Assembly: GCA_036830315.1 (NCBI GenBank)
Contig: DAISOU010000004.1
Location: 30,357-94,356, forward strand
DNA from: Bacillota bacterium
GTDB lineage: Bacteria > Bacillota_I > Bacilli_A > RFN20 > CAG-288
Direction of reading: 5' to 3'
Length of the DNA: 64,000 bases
The notes beneath the pieces were generated by a model. It did no database searches. It was not told the DNA's origin and saw only the letters and a list, made by a program, of their open reading frames with translations. The position numbers and the translations under genes were made by a program. Below are positions 20,468 to 29,329 of this stretch, piece after piece. Positions within the stretch are counted from its first letter, which is position 1. Every line of letters starts with the position of its first letter.

Positions 20468-21034
20468 CTATTTTTTTGTAGACTTCGGGCTAAGCATGAC
20501 GAAGTAGTCTTTGCCTAGTAACTCAGGCTGCTTCTCCATTACGGAATAATCTTTGACCAGATCCAGGAAGGTTTTGAGCGTGGTTTCTACAATATCCATA
20601 CGCTGCATCATTCTTCCCTTGATGTAGACAGCGACCTTGACCTTCATGCCTTCTTGTAAGAAGCCGATGGCAGCCTTAGCCTTTGTCTCCAAGTCATGCT
20701 TATCTGTAGTGGCAGTGAAGCGAATCTCCTTAAGCACGGTCTTTTTCTGATTCTTCTTCATCTCTTTCTCTTTTTTGTCCTGCTCAAATTTGTACTTTCC
20801 GAAGTTGATGATTTTGCATACGGGCGGTACGGCATTGGGGGAGACACAGAAGAGATCGAGCTGCATATCCATAGATTTCTGAAGAGCGACTCTAAGCGGT
20901 ACGACGCCAAAGCTCTCTCCTTCAGGCCCTATTAAAAGGACTTCCTTGAAATGGATTCTGTCGTTGATCAGTTCACGATCGTAATTGCTTCTTGGACGAA
21001 ACTTTTGCTGTCCCTGCTGATAATTGTTATATAT
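20468..21034 (-). CDS. infC: Translation initiation factor IF-3, with a non-AUG (AUA) start codon.
   Basis: The listed ORF (from M at 20872) covers only the C-domain. The N-domain (…NDRIHFKEVLLIGPEGESFGVVPLRVALQKS…) continues in frame upstream. A strong SD (AAGGAGGA) at 21041-21050 sits 9 nt before an in-frame AUA at 21032-21034. Confidence 0.75.
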   Translation of the reverse strand: MYNNYQQGQQKFRPRSNYDRELINDRIHFKEVLLIGPEGESFGVVPLRVALQKSMDMQLDLFCVSPNAVPPVCKIINFGKYKFEQDKKEKEMKKNQKKTVLKEIRFTATTDKHDLETKAKAAIGFLQEGMKVKVAVYIKGRMMQRMDIVETTLKTFLDLVKDYSVMEKQPELLGKDYFVMLSPKSTKK

Positions 21035-21227
21035 AAGACTCTTCCTCCTTGGATTTTTGTGAAAAAAAGCGGGTTCTCGTACTTGAGAAACCCGCTTATA
21101 AATACCATGTGATGATTATCTTATTTGTTTAGATAGAATGATAATCAGGCATTTGACCTACCGGAACGTTATCCAGTCAGGTGAGAACGGGTGTCCTCTT
21201 TCCTAGTTGCGATTTTTCGCAAGAAAT
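21035..21227 (-). promoter_or_regulatory. infC-rpmI-rplT leader (ribosomal protein L20 leader type) with an attenuator terminator.
   Basis: Minus-strand hairpin AGCGGGUUUCUC-loop-GAGAACCCGCU (21068-21096) followed by a U-run. It ends ~12 nt before the infC SD, as in the B. subtilis L20-controlled leader. Confidence 0.55.
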
Positions 21228-21256
21228 AGTATAAGTGGTCTTCGTTCTTTTGTCAA
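21228..21256 (-). promoter_or_regulatory. Near-consensus sigma-A promoter driving the infC leader.
   Basis: Minus strand: TTGACA (21251-21256), 17 nt spacer, TATACT (21228-21233). Confidence 0.6.
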
Positions 21257-21262
21257 CATCAT

Positions 21263-21715
21263 TTACAGTTTCAATGCCATTTTAAGATGTGGGATACCAG
21301 CATCTAAGAAGAAATTGTGGTCTGTCACTTCAAATCCGAGCTTTTCATAGAAACCGACAGCGTGGGTCTGTGATTCTAGAAAGACTGTATACCCATGGTA
21401 GTCTCTTCTTAGGTAGTCGAGAAGAAAACTTACTAATTGATAGCCGGCTTCTTTTCCTCTTTCTTCCTTTAAGACTGCAACTCTTCCAAGATGAAAAGAC
21501 TCAGTCTTTGAATCAGTGAAAAGACGAAGAGTGCCAATAGCTTTATTATCCTTATATATAAGGAAGTGTCTGGCATCTTGGTCTCTCCCGTCGATTTCCT
21601 CTTCGGGACTGACTTTTTCCTCTTCGATGAAGACTTTGGCTCTGATTTCAAAACAAGAGATCATCTCCTTGGCGGAGACGACCTCTTTGATTTGATAATT
21701 TACTGAATTATTCAT
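21263..21715 (-). CDS. GNAT family N-acetyltransferase.
   Basis: 150 aa. Acetyl-CoA binding motif region RGKEAGYQLVSF. Confidence 0.8.
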   Translation of the reverse strand: MNNSVNYQIKEVVSAKEMISCFEIRAKVFIEEEKVSPEEEIDGRDQDARHFLIYKDNKAIGTLRLFTDSKTESFHLGRVAVLKEERGKEAGYQLVSFLLDYLRRDYHGYTVFLESQTHAVGFYEKLGFEVTDHNFFLDAGIPHLKMALKL

Positions 21716-21741
21716 TCTGATCGTCTTGAACAGCTCAATGT

Positions 21742-22395
21742 TTACTTGACAGTACCGAAGATTCTATCACCGGCATCGCCTAAGCCAGGGCAGATATAGG
21801 CGTGATCATTGAGGCATCTGTCTAAGGCGCCGACATAGAGATTTACATCGGGATGCTTTTCACAGAAGGCCTTGATTCCTTCAGGAGCAGCGATGATGCA
21901 GATGAACTTGATGTTCTTGGCACCCTTTTCTTTCAACAGATTGACAGCATCGATAGCAGAACCGCCAGTTGCCAACATCGGATCGAGAACATAGACTTCT
22001 CTTTCTTCGAGGGAGGACGGCAGCTTGCAATAATATTCATGGGGTTTGTGAGTCACGGGATCACGATATAATCCGATATGACCGACACGGGCAGAAGGAA
22101 CTAACTGCAGCATTCCATCAACCATACCTAAGCCAGCTCTGAGAATTGGAACAAAGACTAATTTCTTTCCGGAGATCATAGGTTCCATGGCTACTTCAAT
22201 AGGAGTCTGGACTTCTACTTCCTTGGTAGGAAGATGACGAAGGGCTTCATAGCCTTCCATGACGGCAATCTCACGTACTAGACGACGAAACTCGTTGGTG
22301 CCGGTGTTGACGTCTCTTAAGAGGGTGATCTTGTGAGTCAAAAGAGGATGCTTGAGGATGGTAACGTTCTTGTATTCCTTAACATCGAATTCCAT
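21742..22395 (-). CDS. upp: Uracil phosphoribosyltransferase.
   Basis: 217 aa. PRPP-binding loop [12 protein letters not shown]. Typical UPRTase N-terminus. Confidence 0.9.
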   Translation of the reverse strand: MEFDVKEYKNVTILKHPLLTHKITLLRDVNTGTNEFRRLVREIAVMEGYEALRHLPTKEVEVQTPIEVAMEPMISGKKLVFVPILRAGLGMVDGMLQLVPSARVGHIGLYRDPVTHKPHEYYCKLPSSLEEREVYVLDPMLATGGSAIDAVNLLKEKGAKNIKFICIIAAPEGIKAFCEKHPDVNLYVGALDRCLNDHAYICPGLGDAGDRIFGTVK

Positions 22396-22621
22396 ATGGC
22401 TTTCCTCACTTTCCGTAGAGTATTATATCTAAATAAACTTTCTTTAAAAGAAAAATCGTAAGTTATTATTTTTTCTTCGTCTTCTTTTCTAAATTCAAAA
22501 CAGTTATTTTCCGTTTAATCAAGCCTGATGAAAAGAAAAACGGACCTGGATTTTGACCAATTGCTTCGGTTGTCATCAATCCTTCTTTGGAAAAAAAGGC
22601 TTTTGTCATAGAATAGAGGTT

Positions 22622-23296
22622 ATGAAAAGATCATTTGATATCATTTACGAAGACAGATATATGTTAGCCGTCTATAAGAAAGGCGGGCTTTTGACAATCG
22701 GCACTGAAAGAGATCCCCGTCACTGCCTCTATCATTATGTCCGTGAGTATCTTAACGGAAAGAAACAGCGTGTCTTTATCGTTCATCGTCTCGACAAAGA
22801 TACTTCTGGCATTGTTCTTTTTGCCAAGGACATCGACACTAAAGAATATCTGCAGTCTTTCTTTGAAGAAGGAACAGTCGATCGTTATTACGAGTGTGTG
22901 GTCAAAGAAAGACTGCCTCTTGATAAAGACTATGAAGTAGTTCAGTATCTCTGCTTTGATGAGAGAAGCGGAATGGTATATGAAACCAGAGACAGATCAA
23001 AGGGAAAGAGAGCAGTCACTCTTTTTCACACAAACTCTTATTCTAAGCACGGAACAGTTCTGGATATCAAAATTCTTACTGGAAGACGAAATCAGATAAG
23101 ACTTGCTCTTCAAAAGCTTCAGCTGACTCTTATCGGTGATAGGAAATACAGCGGAGACGGCAATAAGGCAATGCTTTTAAATGAATATGAGATAGTGTTC
23201 CCACCCGAATGTGATATTAGACAGAAGAGCTTTTACTGTGAACCTAAATGGCTCAAAGATGAAGAACAAAACAATTTGAAACCCAAACAATTGTAA
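22622..23296 (+). CDS. RluA family pseudouridine synthase.
   Basis: Catalytic motif HRLDKDTSGIVLFAK. Internal ATG chosen at MKRSFDIIYEDRYMLAVYKK. Confidence 0.8.
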   Translation: MKRSFDIIYEDRYMLAVYKKGGLLTIGTERDPRHCLYHYVREYLNGKKQRVFIVHRLDKDTSGIVLFAKDIDTKEYLQSFFEEGTVDRYYECVVKERLPLDKDYEVVQYLCFDERSGMVYETRDRSKGKRAVTLFHTNSYSKHGTVLDIKILTGRRNQIRLALQKLQLTLIGDRKYSGDGNKAMLLNEYEIVFPPECDIRQKSFYCEPKWLKDEEQNNLKPKQL

Positions 23297-23356
23297 TAAA
23301 ATATCAGTTTCTATATAATCTCAACGCATATGCAGAATTTAAGAAGGAACGCAAAT

Positions 23357-24628
23357 ATGGTAATAACAATCGTTGTAGATATGTTCGGAGAAGAAAATAA
23401 CGGTACTACCGTTACGGCTATGCGCGAAGCTAAGATTCTTACCGAACTTGGCAATGAAGTAAGAATCATGGCCTATTTTCCTCCTAAGCATGTCGATGTA
23501 TCAATGTATAAGACTTATCAGTTACGTCTTTTCAAATTCCCTGTTTTTGAGAAACTTATTGAGAATAACGGTATGTTTATCGCTGATATCCATAAAGAGG
23601 ACTATCCGGCTGTCAGAGATTTTATAGCTGGCAGTGATGTTGTCCATATGTTCCTTCCTTTCAGAGTGGAAAAGAAAATCAGAGAGATCGCTGTCGCTAT
23701 GGGAATCGCTGTGACCAGTGCTTTCCACTGCCAGCCTGAGAATATCTCCTATAACATCAACATGGGCCATTGGCACGGACTGAACAATTACATCTATCGG
23801 ATGTTTTATCGTTGGATGTATAAATACACCCGTCATATTCATACACCAAGCGAGATGATGAAAGATCAGATGAAGCTCAACAAGTATAAAAATATCATTC
23901 ATCCTATTTCCAATGGTGTCTCGCCGGCCTTTGTTCCGATAGCGACAGAAAAGCCGGCTGTCTATAAAGACAAGTTCGTCATTCTGATGGTCGGAAGACT
24001 ATCAGGAGAGAAGAGACAGGATCTGCTTATCAAGGCTATCGGACATTCAAAATACAATGACAAGATCCAGCTCATCCTCTGTGGTCAGGGACCAAAGAAA
24101 AAGAAATACGAACGTCTATCCCAAAAATACCTCAAGAATCCCTGCAAGTTCGAATTCCTCAGTCAGACTGAACTTCTCAAAGTCATCAACTACTGCGATT
24201 TATATGTTCATGCCTCAGATGCCGAAAGTGAAGCCATCGCCTGTATTGAGGCTTTCTGCTGTGGCAAGGTTCCGATAATTTCTGATTCTCTCTATAGTGC
24301 CACTAATCATTTTGCCTTAGACAACAACTGTCTTTTCAGAGCCGGAGATTATAAGTCTCTCCAGGATAGAATCGAGTTCTTCATGGATCACCCAGAATTC
24401 GAAAAGTCTCTCTCTGACAGGTACGTGGAATACGGCAAGGATTTTGAAATCGTCCATTGTGTTGAAAAGCTCAACAACATGTTCAAGGACGAATATCGAG
24501 ATCATCGGGAAGATATGCGTTTTGAGAGAGCTTTCTGCACCAACAAGGGTGAAAGAAGGCGTATCAGAAAAGCTGCCAAGCTTGCCCATATCGACAATCC
24601 GGTCATCTTCAAAAAGTCGGTTATTTAG
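23357..24628 (+). CDS. Glycosyltransferase family 4 (GT-B), possibly glycolipid synthesis.
   Basis: GT4 C-terminal EX7E-like region EAIACIEAFCCGKVPIISDS. RBS AAGGAAC. Confidence 0.8.
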   Translation: MVITIVVDMFGEENNGTTVTAMREAKILTELGNEVRIMAYFPPKHVDVSMYKTYQLRLFKFPVFEKLIENNGMFIADIHKEDYPAVRDFIAGSDVVHMFLPFRVEKKIREIAVAMGIAVTSAFHCQPENISYNINMGHWHGLNNYIYRMFYRWMYKYTRHIHTPSEMMKDQMKLNKYKNIIHPISNGVSPAFVPIATEKPAVYKDKFVILMVGRLSGEKRQDLLIKAIGHSKYNDKIQLILCGQGPKKKKYERLSQKYLKNPCKFEFLSQTELLKVINYCDLYVHASDAESEAIACIEAFCCGKVPIISDSLYSATNHFALDNNCLFRAGDYKSLQDRIEFFMDHPEFEKSLSDRYVEYGKDFEIVHCVEKLNNMFKDEYRDHREDMRFERAFCTNKGERRRIRKAAKLAHIDNPVIFKKSVI

Positions 24629-24635
24629 TCTATGA

Positions 24636-24675
24636 AAGCCTTGGCGCAGTGCCAGGGCTTTTTTTATTTTTTTCC
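24636..24675 (+). terminator. Strong rho-independent terminator after the GT4 gene.
   Basis: Stem aagccttggc / gccagggctt followed by TTTTTTATTTTTTT. Confidence 0.7.
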
Positions 24676-24729
24676 TTAATTTCAGAGAAGATCTGTTAAT
24701 TTTGATTCTGAGACTGTATATTAATCCTG

Positions 24730-27552
24730 ATGAGTAATTGTTTTCTGACCAATCGGTCTGAAGTGACTTTCCTGAATAAGATCAAGCTGTGTCTTAAAAG
24801 ATGCCGCTCTTTTAAATTATCCGTGTCTTTTATCAAGAAGGCCGGTCTTGTTCTTTTACAGCAGGAGATAATCCAGGCTCTGGAAAGAGGAGCATCGGGA
24901 CAGATAATCACTTCCGGGTATCAGAATTTCACTGATATTTCTTCTTTGGAGATCTTCAATAACTGGCAGAGGAAATATCCAAATTTCAGTTGTCATTTCG
25001 ATCTTGATTCTTTTGGCGATGACGGTTTTCACTGCAAAGGATATCTCTTTGAAGGCGACAAAGACTTTGAGATGATCGTCGGTTCTTCAAATATAACCAG
25101 ATTTGCCTTGCTGAAGAATGTTGAATGGGATGTGTCTTTGTCAGACAAAGAGAGATTCAGTTCTTTTAATGACAGCCTCATAGAATTCGATGTTCTTTGG
25201 AAGAAGACTGCTCCACTTACAGATGAACTGATACGCGCTTATCAGACAAGACTAGCCTATGCCATTGAAAAGTGGGATATGGACTACGTCTCCTCGATGA
25301 ATGGCTCCAGTATCAGACCTAACTATATGCAGAAGATGGCCATGAAGGATATCAGACGATATCGTGATATGGGAGCGACTAAGGCCTTAGTCGTTGCTGC
25401 CACTGGTTCCGGTAAGACGTATCTGGCTGCTTTTGATGCTTTGAATTATGGAGCCAAGAGACTTCTTTATATTGTTCACCGTGAAAGCATTCTAGTTGAT
25501 GCCAGAAAGTCGTTTATTAAAGTATTCTCAAATAAAAAGCTCACATTTGGATTATATACAGGCGATAAAAAAGAACTGGACTGCGATTTTATTTTCGCTA
25601 CTAATTCCGAGATGTCCAGGCATCTTGAAATATTTGATCCTAAGGAGTTTGATTATATCATCCTTGATGAATGCCATCATTCCACAGCTGATTCTTATCA
25701 GAAAATCATTCAGTATTTCCAACCCAGTTTTCTATTAGGACTGACAGCTACACCTGACCGTATGGACAATAAGGATGTTCTTCAGGTCTTTGATAAGAAC
25801 ATTCCTTATCAGCTATCTATCGCCGATGCCTTGAACAATGATCTGATTGTTCCTTTCAAGTACTACGCTATCCGTGATGAATACGTTGATTATTCTTTGG
25901 ATAAAACAGATTATCAGCTGATGATAAACCAGATTGTATCGCCTGAAAACTGCGCTTTTGTCGATGAACAGATAAAAAGCCATCTGCCCGTTAACGGGAA
26001 ATTGAAGGCTATCGGGTTCTGTCGGAATATTCAACATGCTCAATTGATGAGTCAGAGAATGAATGACTTAGGCTATCATACAACCTATCTTACTGGAAAC
26101 AATGATACTGGGGAGAGAATAGAGTCTTTTAAAGAATTATCGGATGAGAGTGATCCTCTTCAGATCATTTTTGCCGTAGATGTTTTAAACGAAGGCGTCG
26201 ATGTCCCGGCCATGAATATGGTTCTGTTTTTAAGACCTACTCAGTCACAGACTATCTTTATTCAGCAATTGGGACGTGGATTGAGAAAATACGAAGGCAA
26301 AAACTTCCTGACTGTCCTAGATTTTATCGGCAATAGTTATCAGAGAAGTGTTCAGATAGCATTAGCTCTTTCTTCTCTGAAACCCAATTCTGTTATAGAA
26401 AAACCTGCTCTCTGTGCTTTGGTCACTGATAATTTCAGACAGCTTGATCTTCCTATCGAAGTCTTCTTTGATGAGAAATCGAAAGAAGAGATTCTGAACT
26501 ATATTTCCAGAACCAATTTCAATAGCAAAGATTTTCTCAAAGGTGATTATCTGAAATTCAAAGACTATCTTCATAGTGAGACTTATCCTTCCCATATGGA
26601 TTATCTAAATGATGCCTGTGCCCCTGACTTGATGAGGTTTATCAATTCAAGAGTAAATGGTACCGTAAACGGCTGTTACTACAACTTCCTAAAGAAGATG
26701 GAAGAGGAAAATATTACATTGTTTACGAAAGATGAAGTTGAAATACTTGTAGACTTAAGTCAGTTGCTCCCTCTTATAAGACCCGATGATTATTCAATCT
26801 TCCTATCGCTTTTATCTGGTGATAAGAACGCTGATGAATTGGCAGAGGATGATAAGAAATACGGAATATTCAAATCTGGTCAGTTTGAAAATGCACTTCG
26901 TTTTCTTGAGGGAAAACTCTATTCTGATAATGAACAGTTTTCTAAGAAGTGGCTCATCGTCAAAAATGATAACGGACTTTATCATCTCGATTCATCTTCT
27001 TTCAGCGATGAGTTCAGGGAACATCTTTTGGATCTTTTAAATTACGGATTAGAAAGATTTAGAAGCGAATACGGAATGTTCGAAGGCGATTTAAGTCTTT
27101 ACGGAAACTACACCACCTCTCAGATCATGATGGCCTTGAATCAGAAAAAGCTTCAGTATATGAAGGGAACTATGTACGATGGAGAACACGGAGTTCTTTT
27201 TGTCGGATTGAAAAAAGATTCATCTATCAGCGAAAGACTTAAATACGCAGATAAGTTCTTATCTGCCGATGTTTTCCAATGGGAATCGGAAGTGGGATGC
27301 GATTATTATTCGGCAGTAGGAAAGAAAGTACTTAAATTGAAGAAAGTCTCCTTGTTTATCCGTAAGGTTAAAGAAGAAGACGGCATAAGAATGCCTTATC
27401 TATATGTCGGAGAAGGCAGGATGACTAATCCTCGTCTTACTTCAAATCCCGGAAAGACTCTTTTGTTTGATATCATCCTTGATCACAGGGTCGATATCAG
27501 GCATCGGGATGAACTTCTGGTTCCTGAAAAGAATGAAGGAGAAGAAGAATGA
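24730..27552 (+). CDS. HKD(PLD)-family nuclease domain fused to an SF2 DEAH-box helicase, with a ~350 aa C-terminal domain (DUF3427-like). Function uncharacterised.
   Basis: HKD motif HCKGYLFEGDKDFEMIVGSSN. Walker A AATGSGKT. DECHH box. Motif III TAT. Motif VI QQLGRGLR. Confidence 0.8.
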   Translation: MSNCFLTNRSEVTFLNKIKLCLKRCRSFKLSVSFIKKAGLVLLQQEIIQALERGASGQIITSGYQNFTDISSLEIFNNWQRKYPNFSCHFDLDSFGDDGFHCKGYLFEGDKDFEMIVGSSNITRFALLKNVEWDVSLSDKERFSSFNDSLIEFDVLWKKTAPLTDELIRAYQTRLAYAIEKWDMDYVSSMNGSSIRPNYMQKMAMKDIRRYRDMGATKALVVAATGSGKTYLAAFDALNYGAKRLLYIVHRESILVDARKSFIKVFSNKKLTFGLYTGDKKELDCDFIFATNSEMSRHLEIFDPKEFDYIILDECHHSTADSYQKIIQYFQPSFLLGLTATPDRMDNKDVLQVFDKNIPYQLSIADALNNDLIVPFKYYAIRDEYVDYSLDKTDYQLMINQIVSPENCAFVDEQIKSHLPVNGKLKAIGFCRNIQHAQLMSQRMNDLGYHTTYLTGNNDTGERIESFKELSDESDPLQIIFAVDVLNEGVDVPAMNMVLFLRPTQSQTIFIQQLGRGLRKYEGKNFLTVLDFIGNSYQRSVQIALALSSLKPNSVIEKPALCALVTDNFRQLDLPIEVFFDEKSKEEILNYISRTNFNSKDFLKGDYLKFKDYLHSETYPSHMDYLNDACAPDLMRFINSRVNGTVNGCYYNFLKKMEEENITLFTKDEVEILVDLSQLLPLIRPDDYSIFLSLLSGDKNADELAEDDKKYGIFKSGQFENALRFLEGKLYSDNEQFSKKWLIVKNDNGLYHLDSSSFSDEFREHLLDLLNYGLERFRSEYGMFEGDLSLYGNYTTSQIMMALNQKKLQYMKGTMYDGEHGVLFVGLKKDSSISERLKYADKFLSADVFQWESEVGCDYYSAVGKKVLKLKKVSLFIRKVKEEDGIRMPYLYVGEGRMTNPRLTSNPGKTLLFDIILDHRVDIRHRDELLVPEKNEGEEE

Positions 27553-27947
27553 AATGCGTTAAGGCGGCAGCGGCAATGATCGTCTATAAAGATCGATTTC
27601 TGGTCGCTCAGAGAGGATACGGAGAATTCAAAGACTTCTGGGAGTTTCCTGGCGGAAAAGTAGAATTGAATGAACGGCCAGAAAATACGATTGTCCGAGA
27701 AATCAAAGAAGAATTAAATGCCGACATCATCGTTGATACTCTTATTACAGATATTGAACACGACTACGATTCATTTCATTTATCAATGAAATTATTTGCC
27801 TGCCATCTTAATAACTGTAGCATAGAGTTGCTTGAACATGAAGCTTCAAAATGGATCACTGTCGCTGAGCTGGATTCAATTGGTTTTCTGCCTGCTGACA
27901 AAAAGGCCCTGCCATTTATAAAAGACTATTTTACAAAGAAGAAGTAA
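27549..27947 (+). CDS. Nudix hydrolase (MutT/8-oxo-dGTP or CTP pyrophosphohydrolase-like).
   Basis: Nudix box GGKVELNERPENTIVREIKEELN. Start overlaps the helicase stop (ATGA). Confidence 0.85.
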   Translation: MKCVKAAAAMIVYKDRFLVAQRGYGEFKDFWEFPGGKVELNERPENTIVREIKEELNADIIVDTLITDIEHDYDSFHLSMKLFACHLNNCSIELLEHEASKWITVAELDSIGFLPADKKALPFIKDYFTKKK

Positions 27948-29328
27948 GTTTTTCTTTTATCTTTCTGTCGATATTTTCTACCTGTTCTTTCAGGTGTTCT
28001 TTCGTGCCGTCAGTCTTGAGGATGAAATCCAGTTTATGATGATTCTTATCATAGGAATTGAGGTTGTTGAATTTTAGGCGGTCTTCAATATCCTTATCTC
28101 CTCTTTCTTTCAGATGTTCTTCCTGTCTTGTTGTTTCACAGCCTATAAGATAAGTGAATCCTTTATCCATCTTGGCATCAAACAAAAGAGGTACTTCAAT
28201 CGCTTTATTGACATCGTCGTTATCGATGATGAACTCATTGACCCTTCTTCTGATGATGGAGAAGATGAAATTCTGATAGTTTCTTTTGAATGCTTTATCA
28301 GAAACGAGTTTTTCAGATACTAAGACTTTGTCTACTTCCGGATTAAAGACATCGGGAAATTTCTTTTTGAGTTCGGTAAGGAATGCTTTATCTTTGTAGA
28401 GTTTTCCGACTTCTTCATCACAGGACATAGTCTTATAGCCTAATTCTCTAAAATAGGATAGAGCGAGGCTTTTTCCTGAACCGATCTTACCGGTTATTGC
28501 TAAGGAGACTCCTGTATGCTGGCACTTAGGACAATATGAAGTTCCTCTTCCTTCCAGCTTTCTTTTTTCGATTTTGAAAGTCTTGCATCTAGTGCATTCT
28601 TTTCCGTCTCGGGAATAGACTTTGAGGAAATTTTGGAAAGACCCTTCTACATCTTCAGTGGCTTTATAGCTTCTGACAGTTGACCCGTGATTTTCAATTG
28701 ACTGAGTCAGGATTCTAATGGAATTTGAAAGGATATCTTCGCAGTTTTTCAAAGTAACTTTGTTTCCTGGCATAAAAGGAGAAATAGAGGAGGCAAAACA
28801 GACTTCATCAGCGTAGATATTGCCAAGTCCTGACATAATGGACTGATCCAAAAGGAGTTCTTTTATCGGTTTTTTCTTAGTTTTATAGATGTCAAACAGA
28901 TATTGAGGGTCATTGATTTCAAATGGTTCTCTTCCTAATTCTTCCAAAGGTCCTTCTTCGTCTTTTTTTAGATAATAGGAGACTCCGAACTTTCTGACAT
29001 CGTAAAATGCCAATCCTTCTTCATCGTTTCTGAAAGGAATGAAAAGTGACAGATGAGAAGAGGGGTGGCTTTCTTTATCGACCACGAATAATTTTCCTTC
29101 CATCCTCAGATGGAAAAGAACCTGATGGTCGTCGTTTAGAAGGAAGATCAAGAATTTTCCTCTTCTTCTTATTTCGAGTATGGTCTTATTTTCCAATCCC
29201 TGCACGTATTCGTTAAGAGGTGTTTTGATCATGCCTTTGAAAAAGACAACTGGTTTGTCAAAGGTCTTATTGACTATGCGTTTAGTCAATTCCCGTCTGA
29301 CAGTCTCGACTTCAGGAAGCTCTGGCAT
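27931..29328 (-). CDS. mutM: Fusion protein: formamidopyrimidine-DNA glycosylase (MutM/Fpg) joined to dephospho-CoA kinase (CoaE).
   Basis: N-terminus MPELPEVETVRREL, where the catalytic Pro2 requires a start at 29326-29328. Zinc finger CTRC…CPKC runs through a QHTG linker into the CoaE P-loop VSLAITGKIGSGKS with no stop codon. Confidence 0.75.
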   Translation of the reverse strand: MPELPEVETVRRELTKRIVNKTFDKPVVFFKGMIKTPLNEYVQGLENKTILEIRRRGKFLIFLLNDDHQVLFHLRMEGKLFVVDKESHPSSHLSLFIPFRNDEEGLAFYDVRKFGVSYYLKKDEEGPLEELGREPFEINDPQYLFDIYKTKKKPIKELLLDQSIMSGLGNIYADEVCFASSISPFMPGNKVTLKNCEDILSNSIRILTQSIENHGSTVRSYKATEDVEGSFQNFLKVYSRDGKECTRCKTFKIEKRKLEGRGTSYCPKCQHTGVSLAITGKIGSGKSLALSYFRELGYKTMSCDEEVGKLYKDKAFLTELKKKFPDVFNPEVDKVLVSEKLVSDKAFKRNYQNFIFSIIRRRVNEFIIDNDDVNKAIEVPLLFDAKMDKGFTYLIGCETTRQEEHLKERGDKDIEDRLKFNNLNSYDKNHHKLDFILKTDGTKEHLKEQVENIDRKIKEKLTSSL

Positions 29329-29329
29329 A

